The notes beneath the pieces are model-generated. The model was not told where the DNA came from and made no database searches. It was given only the letters and a program-made list of their open reading frames with translations. A stretch of 64,000 nt of DNA from Antedon mediterranea (lineage: Eukaryota > Animalia > Echinodermata), in contig NC_092671.1 of the NCBI RefSeq assembly GCF_964355755.1, positions 496,001 through 560,000 of the forward strand, read 5' to 3'. Positions 13,796 to 27,853 of this stretch are shown here, in pieces. The translations under genes were made by a program, and so were the position numbers. Each line of letters opens with the position of its first letter. Position 1 is the stretch's first letter.

Positions 13796-16700
13796 TTAGA
13801 CCACTTCATATTCATTTTTGATAGACCTCATCAAGCAGCAAGCGCACATGACACCAATAAGCTGTGTAAAAAAAAGTTGTATATAATATTAACAGATATT
13901 ATAGTAAAATCAATAAAAGAAGCTATGAAAGCAATATTACTTGTCATAGATTTCAACCATCCTGATTTCAGTGGTTTTTCTTTTTGATGTTGTTGTGTCC
14001 TACTATCAAGACCAACCCAGAATTGACATTGCGTGCATAGTAAGTCGATGAAAAAAAATGCAGCAAGCTTTCTGTGACCCTACTAATATAGTGGTGTGGA
14101 CTTTTATTTTATATTTTTGAATAAGGGCAATGGCATGGTAGAGGTATTCCTGCTTTCATGTTTGTCTGCAGGCTCTAATACTCAAAAGTTCATGGATAGT
14201 GTAATAAAAAATTATATAATACCTGGACCAGTGCAACACCAATAGCAACTCCGGCAATAATAGCTATGTTGTCGTTGAAATAGTCAAACAGTGCTTTAGA
14301 ACATCCCTAAAAAACAATATATATATTTAATTAATATTCATAAACAAAACAAAATATTCAATTTATGTTAGTGGGGTACTATCACTCTCTATAAATAACA
14401 TAAACATGGCCAGGCTACTAAGTAGCCAGGCCTTCACTGATTGTGAAGCCAGAAAACAATATTTGTGAGTAAAACTGTGAAAGTGGTCAAATGACATGAT
14501 ACACGCCCTGTAGAAGAAAGGTGTGAATCATTGATGAGATGTTCAACTAAGACATCTTTTGTGCTGGTATCAATTACTAATAGTAGGTCAACAAATATAG
14601 TCTATTAAGAAAAATATATCATATTACAGTATTTATTTGTTTGCTTGTTTATTTTTTAGGCTGATTCCAATATAACTTTGTCAATAACAAAATTTATAAA
14701 GTGTTTAAAATTTAGGGTTACAATATTTCTTTGATTGTGTTCATGTGCTATCTAAACATCTCTAGTCTGTTTTTATTTTGAATATAAAAACACAAAAAGT
14801 ACAATAGCTACGATGTCGGACAATTTTAATCGGCTTCCCCTCTTTCTTCTGTAAATTACAGTCAAAATTAACTCCTTTCACTGATTGTTTCCCACCTAAA
14901 CCCATCACACTCTTTGATCTCTATATCTCATCATTTTATACCTCGTCGTATGCATTTTCTACAACATTTTTACAATCGTTGTCATCGCAACAAGAGTCCG
15001 GCACTGAATCATCCAGATACTCATACCACTCTGTGTAGTTGTTGGTACCACAACACTCAAGCTAGAGAATATAAATACATGTTATTATATAATTAGAAAA
15101 ACAACATAAAATCAAAATATTCATAACAGTGTCCATTTGATTGGTTTATTTTGTATCACATGACCATTTAACATATAAATATTCACTACCTTGTCCATTT
15201 GATTGGTTTATTTAGTATCGGATGGCCATTTAACATATAAATATTCATTACCTTGTCCATTTGATTGGTTTATTTCGTATCACATGACCATTTAACATAT
15301 AAATATTCATTACCTTGTCCATTTGATTGGTTTATTTCGTATCACATGACCATTTAACATATAAATATTCATTACCTTGTCCATTTGATTGGTTTATTTC
15401 GTATCACATGACCATTTAACATATAAATATTCATTACCATATTGGAGTAAATATAGCATTAGTTTTATGTATCAAATAAACTGCAAAAATAGTTTTGATT
15501 TTTGGCTAACATAATTTAGTTACCCAATCCTAAAAGCCAGAGGCCATATTCAACATTTACACTTAGGCAAAGGGAAATGCTTAATATCTGAATACAATTT
15601 ATTAGGGAAATAGTTAAAATATTTATTCAGTTAAGTAAAATAAAAACATTTAAGGGAAATGTCTCACTTAAGTGTGATCGGTGAAACGGCCTCTGGGTTT
15701 AAGTTCATGATTTGTACCAGGTGGTGTTACATGCACATGGTATGTATGACTGGTAAGCTGCATTTGTCTTCGTCATACACTGGTTCCTTTCAGCTCAGGT
15801 GCTATAAATTTCAGGTGGACACTTTATTTAGTAGTTACCTACAAAAACAATTGAGGAATTCTTACATTTTGTTGCATATCGTCCCAAAGTTTTTTAGTTG
15901 CTTCTTCCTTTTTGTATTGCGGCATTGTGCTCAGCATATTGTCTTCGATCTGGTCTTGTAAAGCGTCACTTTCAACAAATCCAGCAATGCCAAGTCCAAT
16001 CTCAATGATCAATAAGATGACAAGGATACATGTATACTAAGAAGAGAAATATAATGATCATAACTGGTATACTAAATGAAGAGATCCTCTAGACCATTGA
16101 TATGGGATAAAATCCCTAATATTTGAATATTAAAACACTATACAGTAATAGCATATTGAGAACTGGTCCTAATTGTACTAATGAAATAGTATAAACATAT
16201 TAAGCTCTGTCTACACTACCAAACTAGTTTGACAAAAAAAGTGTGATGAGCCCAAATAATGGCAGTGATGTGCCCAAATATGGTAGTGATATGACATCAT
16301 CATGTCCATATATGGCACATTACATTTTTTTGTCACATAAAGTTTGATAGTGTAGACAAAGCTTTAGCTTACAGTAGCAACCATGCAGTAACTTTCTTTC
16401 ATTGCACCACAACAGCCACAGAAACCAGTAATGAAGATGATGGCACCAACCACAATGATGAATATGGGTACAGTGTTACCCATATCACCGGTAAAATCCA
16501 CATAATCAGAATAATCTTTCAGTACGACACAACCACCGATGATTAAGCCAAGTCCACAAAGCTAGAAAAAAAAATGTTTGCAAAATTTAAAATACAGCAG
16601 CTAATGGGCAGAGAAGACGAGAAAAAAAATGTAAAAATGTTATGGTTGAAACATCAAAGATAGGCATCAGTATGTAGTATGTCCTGATAAGACATCCACA

Positions 16701-19700
16701 CAAAGTCCACAAAGCTAAATAAAAAGTTTAAAATTTCTAAAGATTTAATTACGCAGGAAAGAAAAGAAGTTTTTATGAAAATGTTATGGTTGTAAACATC
16801 AAAGACAGGATGTAGTATGTCCTGATAGACATGTATACATTTAAGCTACTAATAACAAAATGAATATGTCAACTGTCATTCTACAGGCTATTGTGTATCA
16901 CAGCATTATAATAAAAGAGGCAAAGAACGCTCTACATTTCAAGTTTTTCAATAATTTTGTTAACGGTAAATTTGTATTCATTTGTATTGTACAGTACATC
17001 TCTTTTCCTTCATAAGAGATATAGAAGATATTTCGCCATGAAAACCTTGGCCATGGAAGATCATAAAATAATGAGTGTAGGCCTGCTGTATAAATATTAA
17101 ATCAATTTCATAAGCATTTTGTTATTTTTTATTCGGTAAAACAAATTCAGATTACAGAAGCAAACGAGTATTGAATGAACCAGAAAAAGATCCAAGATTA
17201 TGTGTACACTAAAGTCTGTTAGACTGTGCTTAGAATGGAACATCATCTTTACTGGTAGATTGCCTTAGTTAAAACGACCGTCCTAAATCCAATAGACACT
17301 GGTAGGTCATAATTCAAAGTTAACTTAATAAATGTCAAAATAAAAAATGATCTTTAATAACAATAATGGTAGAAAAATAAAAAGATTTAATTACAAAATG
17401 TAACATATTGGACTAGACTGCATAATTAGTAACAGCTGCATTGACAAGAATTATAAATAATAACTTAATAATAAATTGATTGAATTAATGGTGAATACAA
17501 ACAAACATCAAACTCAGAACTGTATGTTTATTTTAAAACGCATATCAATTCTTTTATTTAATTAATAGTAATAATAATAATATCCTTTCATTTCATAGTA
17601 CTATAATACAATGGCAGAAATAGGCCTAAGTTCACAATAGACTAAATACATCAGTATGTTCAGAAATCATACTTGAATTGAAATTAACAAAATGGAATGG
17701 CTGCTACGACCACTTTCATCACACCAAGTGCACTTATAATATCCTTCTTGTAAACACAATTGGCCAGAAATTCATTCAATTATGCCTATAGTAAACATAC
17801 AGTGTACAATGTAACCTTACTGTACACTGTATGTTTACTATAGTGTACTGTACAATGTAACCTTACTGTACGTACACTTTAATGTAAAAAACAAAAGAAC
17901 TTAAGGTGTCCCTGAGCACACATGGCGTAAACTACAACATACTTGATACAGTATAGATAGAAGAAAGCAGAAATTCTACCACCTGCTGGTGATACACTGA
18001 CAATAAAATAATAAATATGTGATGAAATGGTGATGAGTGTATATCTGTGAGAATGTGAGAATGTGAGAATGCTGTTCCAACCAAGATAATTTATACCTCC
18101 CTAGTTTATCATACTAGCAGTCTACAGACCTCTTTAGCATTTAAATTTACCGTATATTTACTTTTTAATACCAGTATTCATAATAATGTTATTTTAAGTA
18201 TATACTATCACCGATAAAGCATTGTAATGAGCACACCCTCTAAGAGCAGCCAAACATTGATTTTACAAATACAATTAATTAGCCTACATGTAATTTAAAC
18301 GTAACAGCTGTTGTTTTTTAATTATTCACATTTCATAGAACTATTCGTTTTCATTATCAATTTTGTCAACACGTATGTTGTTACAATGTATTACTGAATA
18401 CAAGCTATAATGCAAATAGGTAGTAATCATATTTTTGTATTTTCTAGGGAACAAAAATTGTATGACAGATGAAATATATACAGTTATAAAAATATTTGGG
18501 ATTTTTCATCTTTAAAAATAGACAACCTACTGCATGAGGAATTAATTACACATAGATTTTACAATGAGCATTTTCCATTTCATTTTAACAAAGAATCACA
18601 TTACGATATACAAAATTTAGTAGCAGATTTTAAATGTACATCTACTTATATATTGTTACGTATATTATCATCTACTTTCTTGCATCTCACAACAAATGAA
18701 ATACACAAGTTACAAGTCTATTTACTTGATCCAGAAAGAAAAAATATCATATCATTATCCGAAAACAATGTAGGATCAGGGAGACTTTCATTAAGGCCAT
18801 GAAAGCCACACAAAATTTAAATAATATATACTTATGTAGACATTGATATTGAAATTTTGACCTTTCCATAAATAAATATACATTTTCTTTCAACTTAATA
18901 AAAATGGTGATACAGAATTTCATCTGAAGAATATTGATTATTATAATAAAGTATGTTTGATATCAACTCATTAAAATAGAATAGAATCACATAATCATCA
19001 GTGAAGCATGACAATCTCATCTCACTTTAACACTCATGCTATCAACTGTTATTGTATGAAGAATCTAATTAATGCAACTTGCCTTTAAGGTATTCTCTTG
19101 CTACAGTTGGCAAATTTATTAATTAATTATCTTTCTTGAAACAAACTAAACTCTGCCAGCTTTCTGTATGATTACAAATTAATTTTAAATGACGATGATG
19201 AAAATTAGCTAATGAATTATTCATTAAGCAGTTTCACAGCTTTCTCAACTACATTATGACTGCAAAAACAGCTTGAATTTGCATTATGTATTCACCTTTG
19301 TATTACAATAAAAAAAGTAAAGTTGTTAAACTGTATTTAAAATTTAATATACTGATGGTATAACACTTTAACTGTACAAATGGAAATATTATCTGTAATA
19401 TTATTAAAATACATGGTAGAATATAACACTGCAAGTGATAGTTATTACTCAAAATACATGGTATAGCACTATACTATAACACTTTAGCAAATAACTACAG
19501 TATGCTGTACTTAAAATACATGGTATAGCACTTAACTAATACTCTAACTAATCTACAATAATTAATTAGGCGATGATACATTATGTTCATAGCTGATAAA
19601 GAATAATGTATAATATTATTATTATTATCACATCCATATGGAATGTTTAGATTGAGCAAACAGATGATTGTTCACTGTCAGCAAATAATACCAAAACAAA

Positions 19701-22700
19701 ACACCTAAATAAACCTCAACATCCACAAATGAGCTATACAAAAAATAGTCCTTATTGATGCATTGTAAAGTTCCTCATATTAATTCCAAATCATGTAAAT
19801 CATTATGGACATACAGTAGAACCATTGGTAAGGAGACAGCTCCAGGACCCAACAAAGTATCCCCTTAAAGGGGATACGTCCAGGACCCAACAAAGTGTCC
19901 CCTTAAAGGGGATACCTCCAGGACCCAACTAAGTGTCCCCTTAATGTGGATGTATATATTTATTCCTTATTCGTTTTACAGGAAAGTGTCAAGTTCAATA
20001 TTGAATATCGAAACGTGGCAAGCTATAGGCGCTTGACCTTTGACAAGATCGCCTAAATTTTATAATTTAAATCTACGATACTTAGTATTGTATATTCAGG
20101 AATAGCCGCTCCATAGTCTCTTTGCTTTTCTTCCTTATATCTTATTCTGATTAACTCAAAATTATTTTTACTAACAAACATTACTATTTGTATGCCTAGT
20201 GTGTAAACATTATTGACATAATTTCATAAACATCTTCATGTCGTACAACTACTCGTAACATTTTTTCTCAACTTTCTATCATCTAAAGTCGTAGTTAGTC
20301 ATGCCTCGGGTCACATTCTATGGTCTCCGTACAGGTAGGCTACTACATCAGTACTTCTATGAATGGATGACTAGCCGGTGACAATAACGCTAGTTAGTCA
20401 TACACAGTACCGTTTTTGATTTTACGATCATTCGGGAAACCACCTCACGACGATAGAACAGTTCATAAAAAGTGTCCCATAGGAGGATGCTACTGTACAT
20501 GAGTACACCAACCATGAATTCATTGTACAGTACGTACCAATACCATAAAAAAACAAAATGATTTAATCGTACTGATCAGTCAGGATGGATACTGATACTA
20601 CTTTTTACAAGGTGTGTCAGTATTAAACTCTGTAAGCTCTATAATAAAAGGATTACTAGATTATTGAGTATGTTGATAGAAATGATGTACAGTATGTTAG
20701 TACTCTATTGTATGTCTCTAGAGCCCCTTTCTCACAGATGTGTCTGCAATATACCGGTACAGTGCTGGCGTCGTGCCGGTATCGTTACCGGCATATACCC
20801 ATTCTCATCGGACTATCGTGCCGGAAATATAACCGGTATATACCGGCTTTCTGTGAGAAAGGAGTCGGGCATATTCGGCCAATAAAAAGTCTCTGACAAA
20901 ATAATTATTGAGGGCGTCCTTTATTGTTATTATTTTTGTCTAGGGATATATGGCGGCGAATGTTAGGTTACAGATTATTATCTTCCTTTATAGCATATTT
21001 ATGCAATACATGCTATGTACAGTATATTGTGCATATATTATACAGGTACAGCAATTAATTAGCCGTCAATCGGCAATCTGTAAAACACCTTAGAAGGCTG
21101 TACAATTTACAAGGCGACGAAGGGTCAGGCTAGTTAGGCACCAACATTAACAAAGAGCTGGCCTAGGCTAGGCCTGCTATAGATTATGCTACAAATTTCT
21201 TCTTGTCCCCTTATTTTAAGCAGCTCTCTTATCTCATTATCCCTCCAGTTCGACATTATTATTGTTAATTGAATTGAATCGGCGCCAAAGTGATACACTT
21301 GACCGCGCAAGGTGTCTGAAGCCTCGACAGGGAACCCCGGAATATAACGGCGTTACGTTCTCACAGAATGCCCGTCTGGCATTGCAGGGAATATCCCTAG
21401 AATATTACTAGGTCTAAAGCAGGTCAAGTCGATGCCGGCATGATGCCAAGACGACCCGTTCTCACAGAAAACCATACCGGCATGGTAATGGTATATTCCC
21501 GCAATATTCCTGGCACTCAGCTCTGTGAGAAAGGGGCTTAGGTACAGTATTGGTTTATAAAGACATCAGCAGTAAGCATAGTTTTGACACAAGTGTTGCA
21601 AAAACTAAAGTATGCTACTTTTAGTCATCATCACAGGGGACCATTATGTAGGCCTACTGTATATGGAATAAACAATTTAGATATTTTTCTATATAATTTT
21701 TACAAATAAGTGAGACAATAAACTAGGTATAAACAGTTTAGATACAGACTCTACATTAATCTCCAAAGACAAAATGAAACTGAAACCTTAATGTACTATT
21801 GTAATAGTCTATTAAAACAGTATAGTATTAATATTCAGATATTATCTGCACTTGCACCATAAACAAGCACAAGTATATTGTATTTTATTTATTATACGGT
21901 TAACTGTATAAATATAATATCTGTGCAAATTTCAAATTGTAAAAATGTTACAAGTTTGAATGTCAAGGTTTTAAAATCTTGTCAAATGATTTACCACTTG
22001 ACATACTGCTGTAAAAATAGGATGAAATTCATTTAAATTATGATGATGAAAACCACAGTGTTGTTAGGCCTAAAGACTACTGAATGAAGGAAGGGTGAAT
22101 AGGACAATGTTGTAGGTATCCTTGACATTAGAGAATAAAACTACCAGTAACTGAATATATCATTGCAGTAAATACCGCACTTTATAATAACCATGTTCTA
22201 AATGATGTCCCTTTACTGAACTAACTGAGTGAACTGTATTTACTAACTGAGTGAACTGTATTTACTAACTGAGTGAACTGTATTTACTAACTGAGTGAAC
22301 TGTATTTACTAACTGAGTGAACTGTATTTACTAACTGAGTGAACTGTATTTACTAACTGAGTGAACTGTATTTACTAACTGAGTGAACTGTATTTACTAA
22401 CTGAGTGAACTGTATTTACTACCTGAGTGAACTGTATTTACTAACTGAGTGAACTGTATTTACTGACTGAGTGAACTGTATTTACTAACTGAGTGAACTG
22501 TGTTTACTAACTGAGTGAACTGTATTTACTGCATCTTATCTAAGCTCAAAGTCTATTATTTATCTAATCTTGACAATATCTAAAGAAAATTGCAAAGTGT
22601 TTTTCTCAGAATTTATTTTACAAATAATGAATTGAAAATTCATTCCTTGAATACATTCATTATTTGTTAAACGTTTTTTCTGCTTTCATCTTAAATCGAA

Positions 22701-24597
22701 TGTTGGAGGGTCATTAAAAATAAATTGTGATACTTGAAATTTGGCTGTGCAGTTCGTGAATCAGCCCAATATTCACTAAATGTTTGCAAAATTCCAAAAA
22801 GCAGATCATGCAATTAGTATCCCAGATTGTAAGGATAAATGAATAAAGCCTATCATGTGACTTGAAATCAACCAATCAAATGGCAACACTTAAATATATT
22901 TGCTACACAAAACCGTATATAGAATTTACAGAACACTTATTGAGAATTTGACGTTTCAATTTATTTGATAATAATCTGAAATTATTTAGTGGATCTACTG
23001 GTATAGAATTTACAATCAAGAAAGATGCAGTAATTGTGCATAGGATACATTACACTGCAATTTCAAACCATGTATTATGTGACTTGAATAATGATATTTA
23101 AATGAATGTATACGTAATGTTTGTACAGTAAACTGCCTGATACTAAAAGATACTAAATCACAAAGAAAAATATAGAAAATCTTTTAGCTTATTTCACACA
23201 GAATATTAAATAAATTTAGAAAGATTAGAAACATTTTTTTGCAGGCAGATTGGTAATATGACCCTTATTGACATTCATACTGGTCATGTGATTATGAAAT
23301 GTACCAGGATGTAAGTAATAATATTACTATGTCATGTCACCTGATGACAACATTGCAACACTACCAATATTGTTCACAACAGGTCGCTTACTGGGGAGAA
23401 CATTTCCCCAAACTGAAGATAATAGGACAGGGTTGAATTGATTCTTACTGAATTTGGTATTAAAAAACAACATTTGATCACAACTATTAAACAGGACGAT
23501 TTGTGTGTTTATTTAGGTAAAATGCACCATAGAAAGCGATTTAGGTTCTATAGGACACGTAGACAAGTAGATAAAGCCCTGCTTTAAAATATGGTCATTT
23601 GAATCTGAATAGAAGTTCACTTCATTATGTAGACACAATAAACACTATACACACTGTAGGTTTACATGGCAGTGAGTGAATTGACCGACCTTTAAAAACA
23701 AAGTATAGTCCAAAACACAAGTGGTTATAAAAATATGGATCAGATAGTATAGTTTGAAACATCTACAGTTTTAATGCATTTGGTCTATTTTAATATATCA
23801 ATGCAAGCATATATATACTGTATATCAATGGTGGAGGGCATTTCCAGGATTATAAAACAGGGGAGCACTAACATACTAATATAGATACCAACAAGAAGTT
23901 TATAATTTGCAGTTGGTAACAAGGTAACAATCCATAGTGCAGGGCCACAAAAAGTGGTGAGGTTGAAACCTTAATCACTCACGGCTACGGTTATTTTAGC
24001 GACAGTAACAAAAACAAATAATTATTAGACATTGTATTGTACAACATAATTTAAGATTTATTAACATTGTATATGTGTATATTGAGATTGTCAATGTGTC
24101 TATTGACATTTTTTATTTACCTATCCATGATAATAATGACTACCAATTACTGTTTTATCTATGTTTGCTTTAATATCTTTTTTCTATTTTGTATATGTTC
24201 ATTCATTATTATCTGAATAAATGTTATCAAAATCTGAATCTGACATTTTAATAAATTGTGGTAAAATTACAGAATAAATACGTTAAATTAATATCAAATT
24301 AAACCTAAAATTGCACTATTAATGTGGATAAATCATTTAATGTAAAAAAGGAGTTGCTAACTATTATACTTACATAAAAACTAACATTTATTATTCTATA
24401 ATCATCATCTCCTGCTCATGGTCATTGACATTTTGGGATTCATACATGTCATCCATGAATTTTACACTAGTCGGCCTAGCCTCAATAGGCAGACTTAGTA
24501 CGTACTTAAAACCACAAAATTACTTTCTACTCACCCAGAATATTACATTGAAAAAGAATAACATAAACTTCACTAATTTCATTCCTCCTTCTGCCAT
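13796..24597 (-). CDS. CD63: CD63-like tetraspanin, 6 coding exons, 230 aa
   Basis: Exons 24597-24535 (MAEGGMKLVKFMLFFFNVIFW), 16561-16373 (GFCGCCGAMKESYCM), 16036-15866, 15061-14942 (LECCG..VPDSCC), 14306-14223, 13861-13796 (CACCLMRSIKNEYEVV*). Has four hydrophobic segments, the CCG motif and a C-terminal YxxPhi lysosomal signal (YEVV, compare CD63 GYEVM). Confidence 0.9.
15130..15439. repeat. 62-bp minisatellite x5
   Basis: Unit tgtccatttgattggtttatttcgtatcacatgaccatttaacatataaatattcattacct. Confidence 0.9.
16202..16364. mobile_element. MITE family A (TIR AGCTCTGTCTACACTATCAAAC), copy 1
   Basis: aagctctgtctacactaccaaac ... gtttgatagtgtagacaaagctt. TAA/TTA flanks suggest PIF/Harbinger type. 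Confidence 0.8.
19840..19944. repeat. Tandem repeat of about 38 bp, x2.7
   Basis: Unit tccaggacccaacaaagtgtccccttaaaggggatac. Confidence 0.8.
20722..21538. mobile_element. PIF/Harbinger-like MITE, 817 bp
   Basis: Perfect 17-bp TIR AGCCCCTTTCTCACAGA / TCTGTGAGAAAGGGGCT with a TAG duplication on both sides. Confidence 0.85.
22220..22530. repeat. 22-bp minisatellite x14
   Basis: Unit actaactgagtgaactgtattt. Confidence 0.95.
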
Positions 24598-25308
24598 TTT
24601 GTATGTTTTGTTCCTGTATTATTTTCTTTGGGAATAATTGCACAAATTCTAAAGGAAACTTTCCGTTTTATTCAGTCGGTGGTCGATGATCTTATGACGA
24701 GATGATAAACACCCATATAGAGGGCGGAAATTCAGTGACTAAGATCCACTTGATTTTAATTGATTTTAATAGCGATGACGGCAAACTTCTTAAAAACAAA
24801 TTATTAAATATAATTTTAGTCATTAAAAGAAAATAAAAATCGTTTTATTTGTAACCTATTTTAAATACATCATATTTGTCATTATCAGAAAAGTATCGGA
24901 AATAAAACATGTGTCCAAACAAAACAAATCAATGGGCTAATCAATATCTAATATACTTTGCGGATTAGAGCTGTCATTTAAACGTATTCAATAAGCATTC
25001 TGTTTATTCGAAAGTAAAATGTATAATTGCAACTAGTTTCTGTTATCTAACATTTATATGAACAATTTATCCATAATAAATATAATAGTGAAGCCAAGCT
25101 GTAATATTGAGTCGGCCTCTATGAACTATAGCCGCCTACACTTCTGGTCTTGCAAACACGTCCTCCGGTTTATGAGCCCATATACTGTATTGTTAAAAGG
25201 CTATAATGTTCAATTTACAGTCACTATAAAATTTAACAACCATCCTATTTTTCTACTACACTTCTCAACTGAAAAAAATTAGAATATTACGGAACTACAA
25301 TTAACATT

Positions 25309-27409
25309 ACAGCACATTATTTCTTAGTTAATTACCGGTACATGACTAACATGGAAGGATATTATGTAATTGAAATATTCGCGCTCTAACAACACGGAAT
25401 TTATTTGGTATGCAGTCATATGATAACTAAATAGTAACTATACTTTAAATGTTAATGTCCAAATTTACAATGCTCACATGATTTGAACGTGAAATAGACA
25501 CAACGTTCCGACAAATCAACTATTGTTGAATATTACGTCATATCTAAATTAAACTTTTTTAAACGATTTCCGCCCTCCCCGGACTTGTAAATTACAGTAT
25601 ATATTAATTACAATTATTACGATATTTGTTTTTTTTATCGATATCATATCTCTGGCGCAATATCTTACAAGAACTTATTTGCGTTTTAACACCAACTGCG
25701 CCTGGAACGAATCGCAATGTTCTGTTAATAAATATTGCTCGTGAGTGACTGACAATGACAAAGTAATTGAAATAAGTAAGTAATAAGTAATAAGCACATA
25801 TCAGTCATCCAGGTACCAGACCACGCAAAACAATATTACTTTCTAGATCGTGGATGAACTGTAATTCTTCGATTCGAAGGTTGATTTTAAATCCAAATTG
25901 TCAACTATTATAATCTAATGCATTACTGTAGGCCCTATAATCGTTAAATATTAGGGCCGTGAATGTCTCCATCTGCGTAATAATGCTTGATTCCCACTAG
26001 AGACGCAACGCAAGGACGTAAGCGAATTGACTGAAGCGTGATTCCCACTAACGACGCAACACAAGGACGTAACGCAACGCAAGTGAATTGACCAATCACA
26101 AGCGATGGCTTATTCGCTTGTGATTGCTAACTGTCTATAACTTCGCTTGTCATTGGTTAAAACGCTTGCGTTGCGTTTACGTCCTTGCGTTACGTTCTAG
26201 TGGGAACCAAGCTTAATCAAAAGCGATGGATTAGTTTAACAGTTGCTCGTGTTAATAAATTCGCTTGCGTTTTGGCTTACGAGAAACAAGCTTTACCAAC
26301 CAGACCTCCCGCGGGGACGAAGGTTCGTAGGTATCTGTTATTACCAGTTGCGCCTCTCGCACCTCTCGTACGGACAATGTGACGTAAGAGAAATGTATAA
26401 GCAATGGGTGTACAGTATATTATTTAATTATTGACCATCGCAATTAAGTCGAAACAGCATATTATTTCTTAGTTAATTACCGGTACATGACTAAACATGG
26501 AAGGATATTATGTAATTGAAATATTCGCGCTCTAACAACACGGAATTTATTTGGTATGCAGTCATGATAAATAAATAGTAACTATACTTTAAATGTTAAT
26601 GTCCAAATTTACAATGCTCACATGATTTGAACGTGAAATAGACACAACGTTCCGACAAATCAACAATCGTTGAATATTACATCATATCTAAATATAACTT
26701 TTTTTAACGATTTCCGCCCTCCTCGGACATAGAAATTACAGTATATATCAATTACGATTATTACGATATTTGTTTTTGTTTATCGATATCATATCTCTGG
26801 CGCAATATCTTACAAGAACTTATTTGCTTTTTAACACCAACTGCGCCTGGAACGAATCGCAATGTTCTGTTCATAAATATTGCTACACGTGAGTGACTGA
26901 CAATGACAAAGTAATTGAAATGACGTAATAATCACATATCAGTCATCCAGGTACCAGACCACGCAAAAAAATATTACTTTCTAGATCGTGGATGAACTGT
27001 AATTCTTCGATTCGAAGGTTGATTTTAAATCAAAATTGTCAACTATTATAATCTAATGCATTACTGTAGGCCCTATAATCGTTAAATACTAGGGCCGTGA
27101 ATGTCTCCATCTGCGTAATAATGCTTGGTTCCCACTAGAGACGCAACGCAAGGACGTAAGCGAATTGACCAATCAAAAGCGATGGATTAGTCTAACAGTT
27201 GCTCGTGTTGATAAATTCGCTTGCGTTTTGGCTTACGAGAAACAAGCTTTACAAACCAGACCTCCCACGGGGACGAAAACGAAGGTTCGTAGGTATCTGT
27301 TATTACCAGTTGCGACCTCTCGTACGGACAATGTGACGTAAGAGAAATGCATAAGCAATGAGTGTACAGTATATTATTTAATTATTGACCATCGCAATTA
27401 AGTCGAAAC
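25309..27409. repeat. Tandem duplication of about 1 kb between CCDC14 and the CD63-like gene
   Basis: 25309-26453 and 26454-27409 are highly similar (acagcacattatttcttagttaattaccgg ... caattaagtcgaaaca). Copy 1 carries an extra MITE. Confidence 0.9.
26035..26213. mobile_element. Harbinger-like MITE present only in copy 1 of the duplication
   Basis: tga|AGCGTGATTCCCACTA ... TAGTGGGAACCAAGCT|taa. Copy 2 has the empty site gaattgaccaatcaaaag. Confidence 0.8.
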
Positions 27410-27853
27410 AATCCAAAAATTCATCTTTTGAAAAAAATTGACTCTTTGAAGAAAACATTACTGACAATAGATGTTATGTTGCTAAGCCTCAAAGCTCTAA
27501 AATAATATAATTTGTCGCACTTCACGGTCTCCAATATTGGCCAGGAATATTCAGAATTTGGATAAGGATAATATAATCATGGGAGAGTGGAGGAAGTAGA
27601 TGTAAACATTTACAAGCAAATTAAGTTAAATCAAATTCATAATCAAACACGACACAGTTGTCATTAATAAGATCTTGTAATTAAGTGTTCTCCATATTTA
27701 CATATCAACCAGCGCCATTGCCCTGTACTCCTCCATAGTAAACCAATTAACTTCCAATTCAACATTTAATATTTTTAAAATCTATTTAAAAATAAATATT
27801 TTATAAAAATTTAAAGATAAAAAATATTCTAATTTCTTTTTCAGAACCAAATT

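Noticed and set aside
26296-26345. Possible HDV-like or hammerhead ribozyme in the duplicated block
   Set aside because: I could not build the nested pseudoknot or find a CUGANGA/GAAA core.
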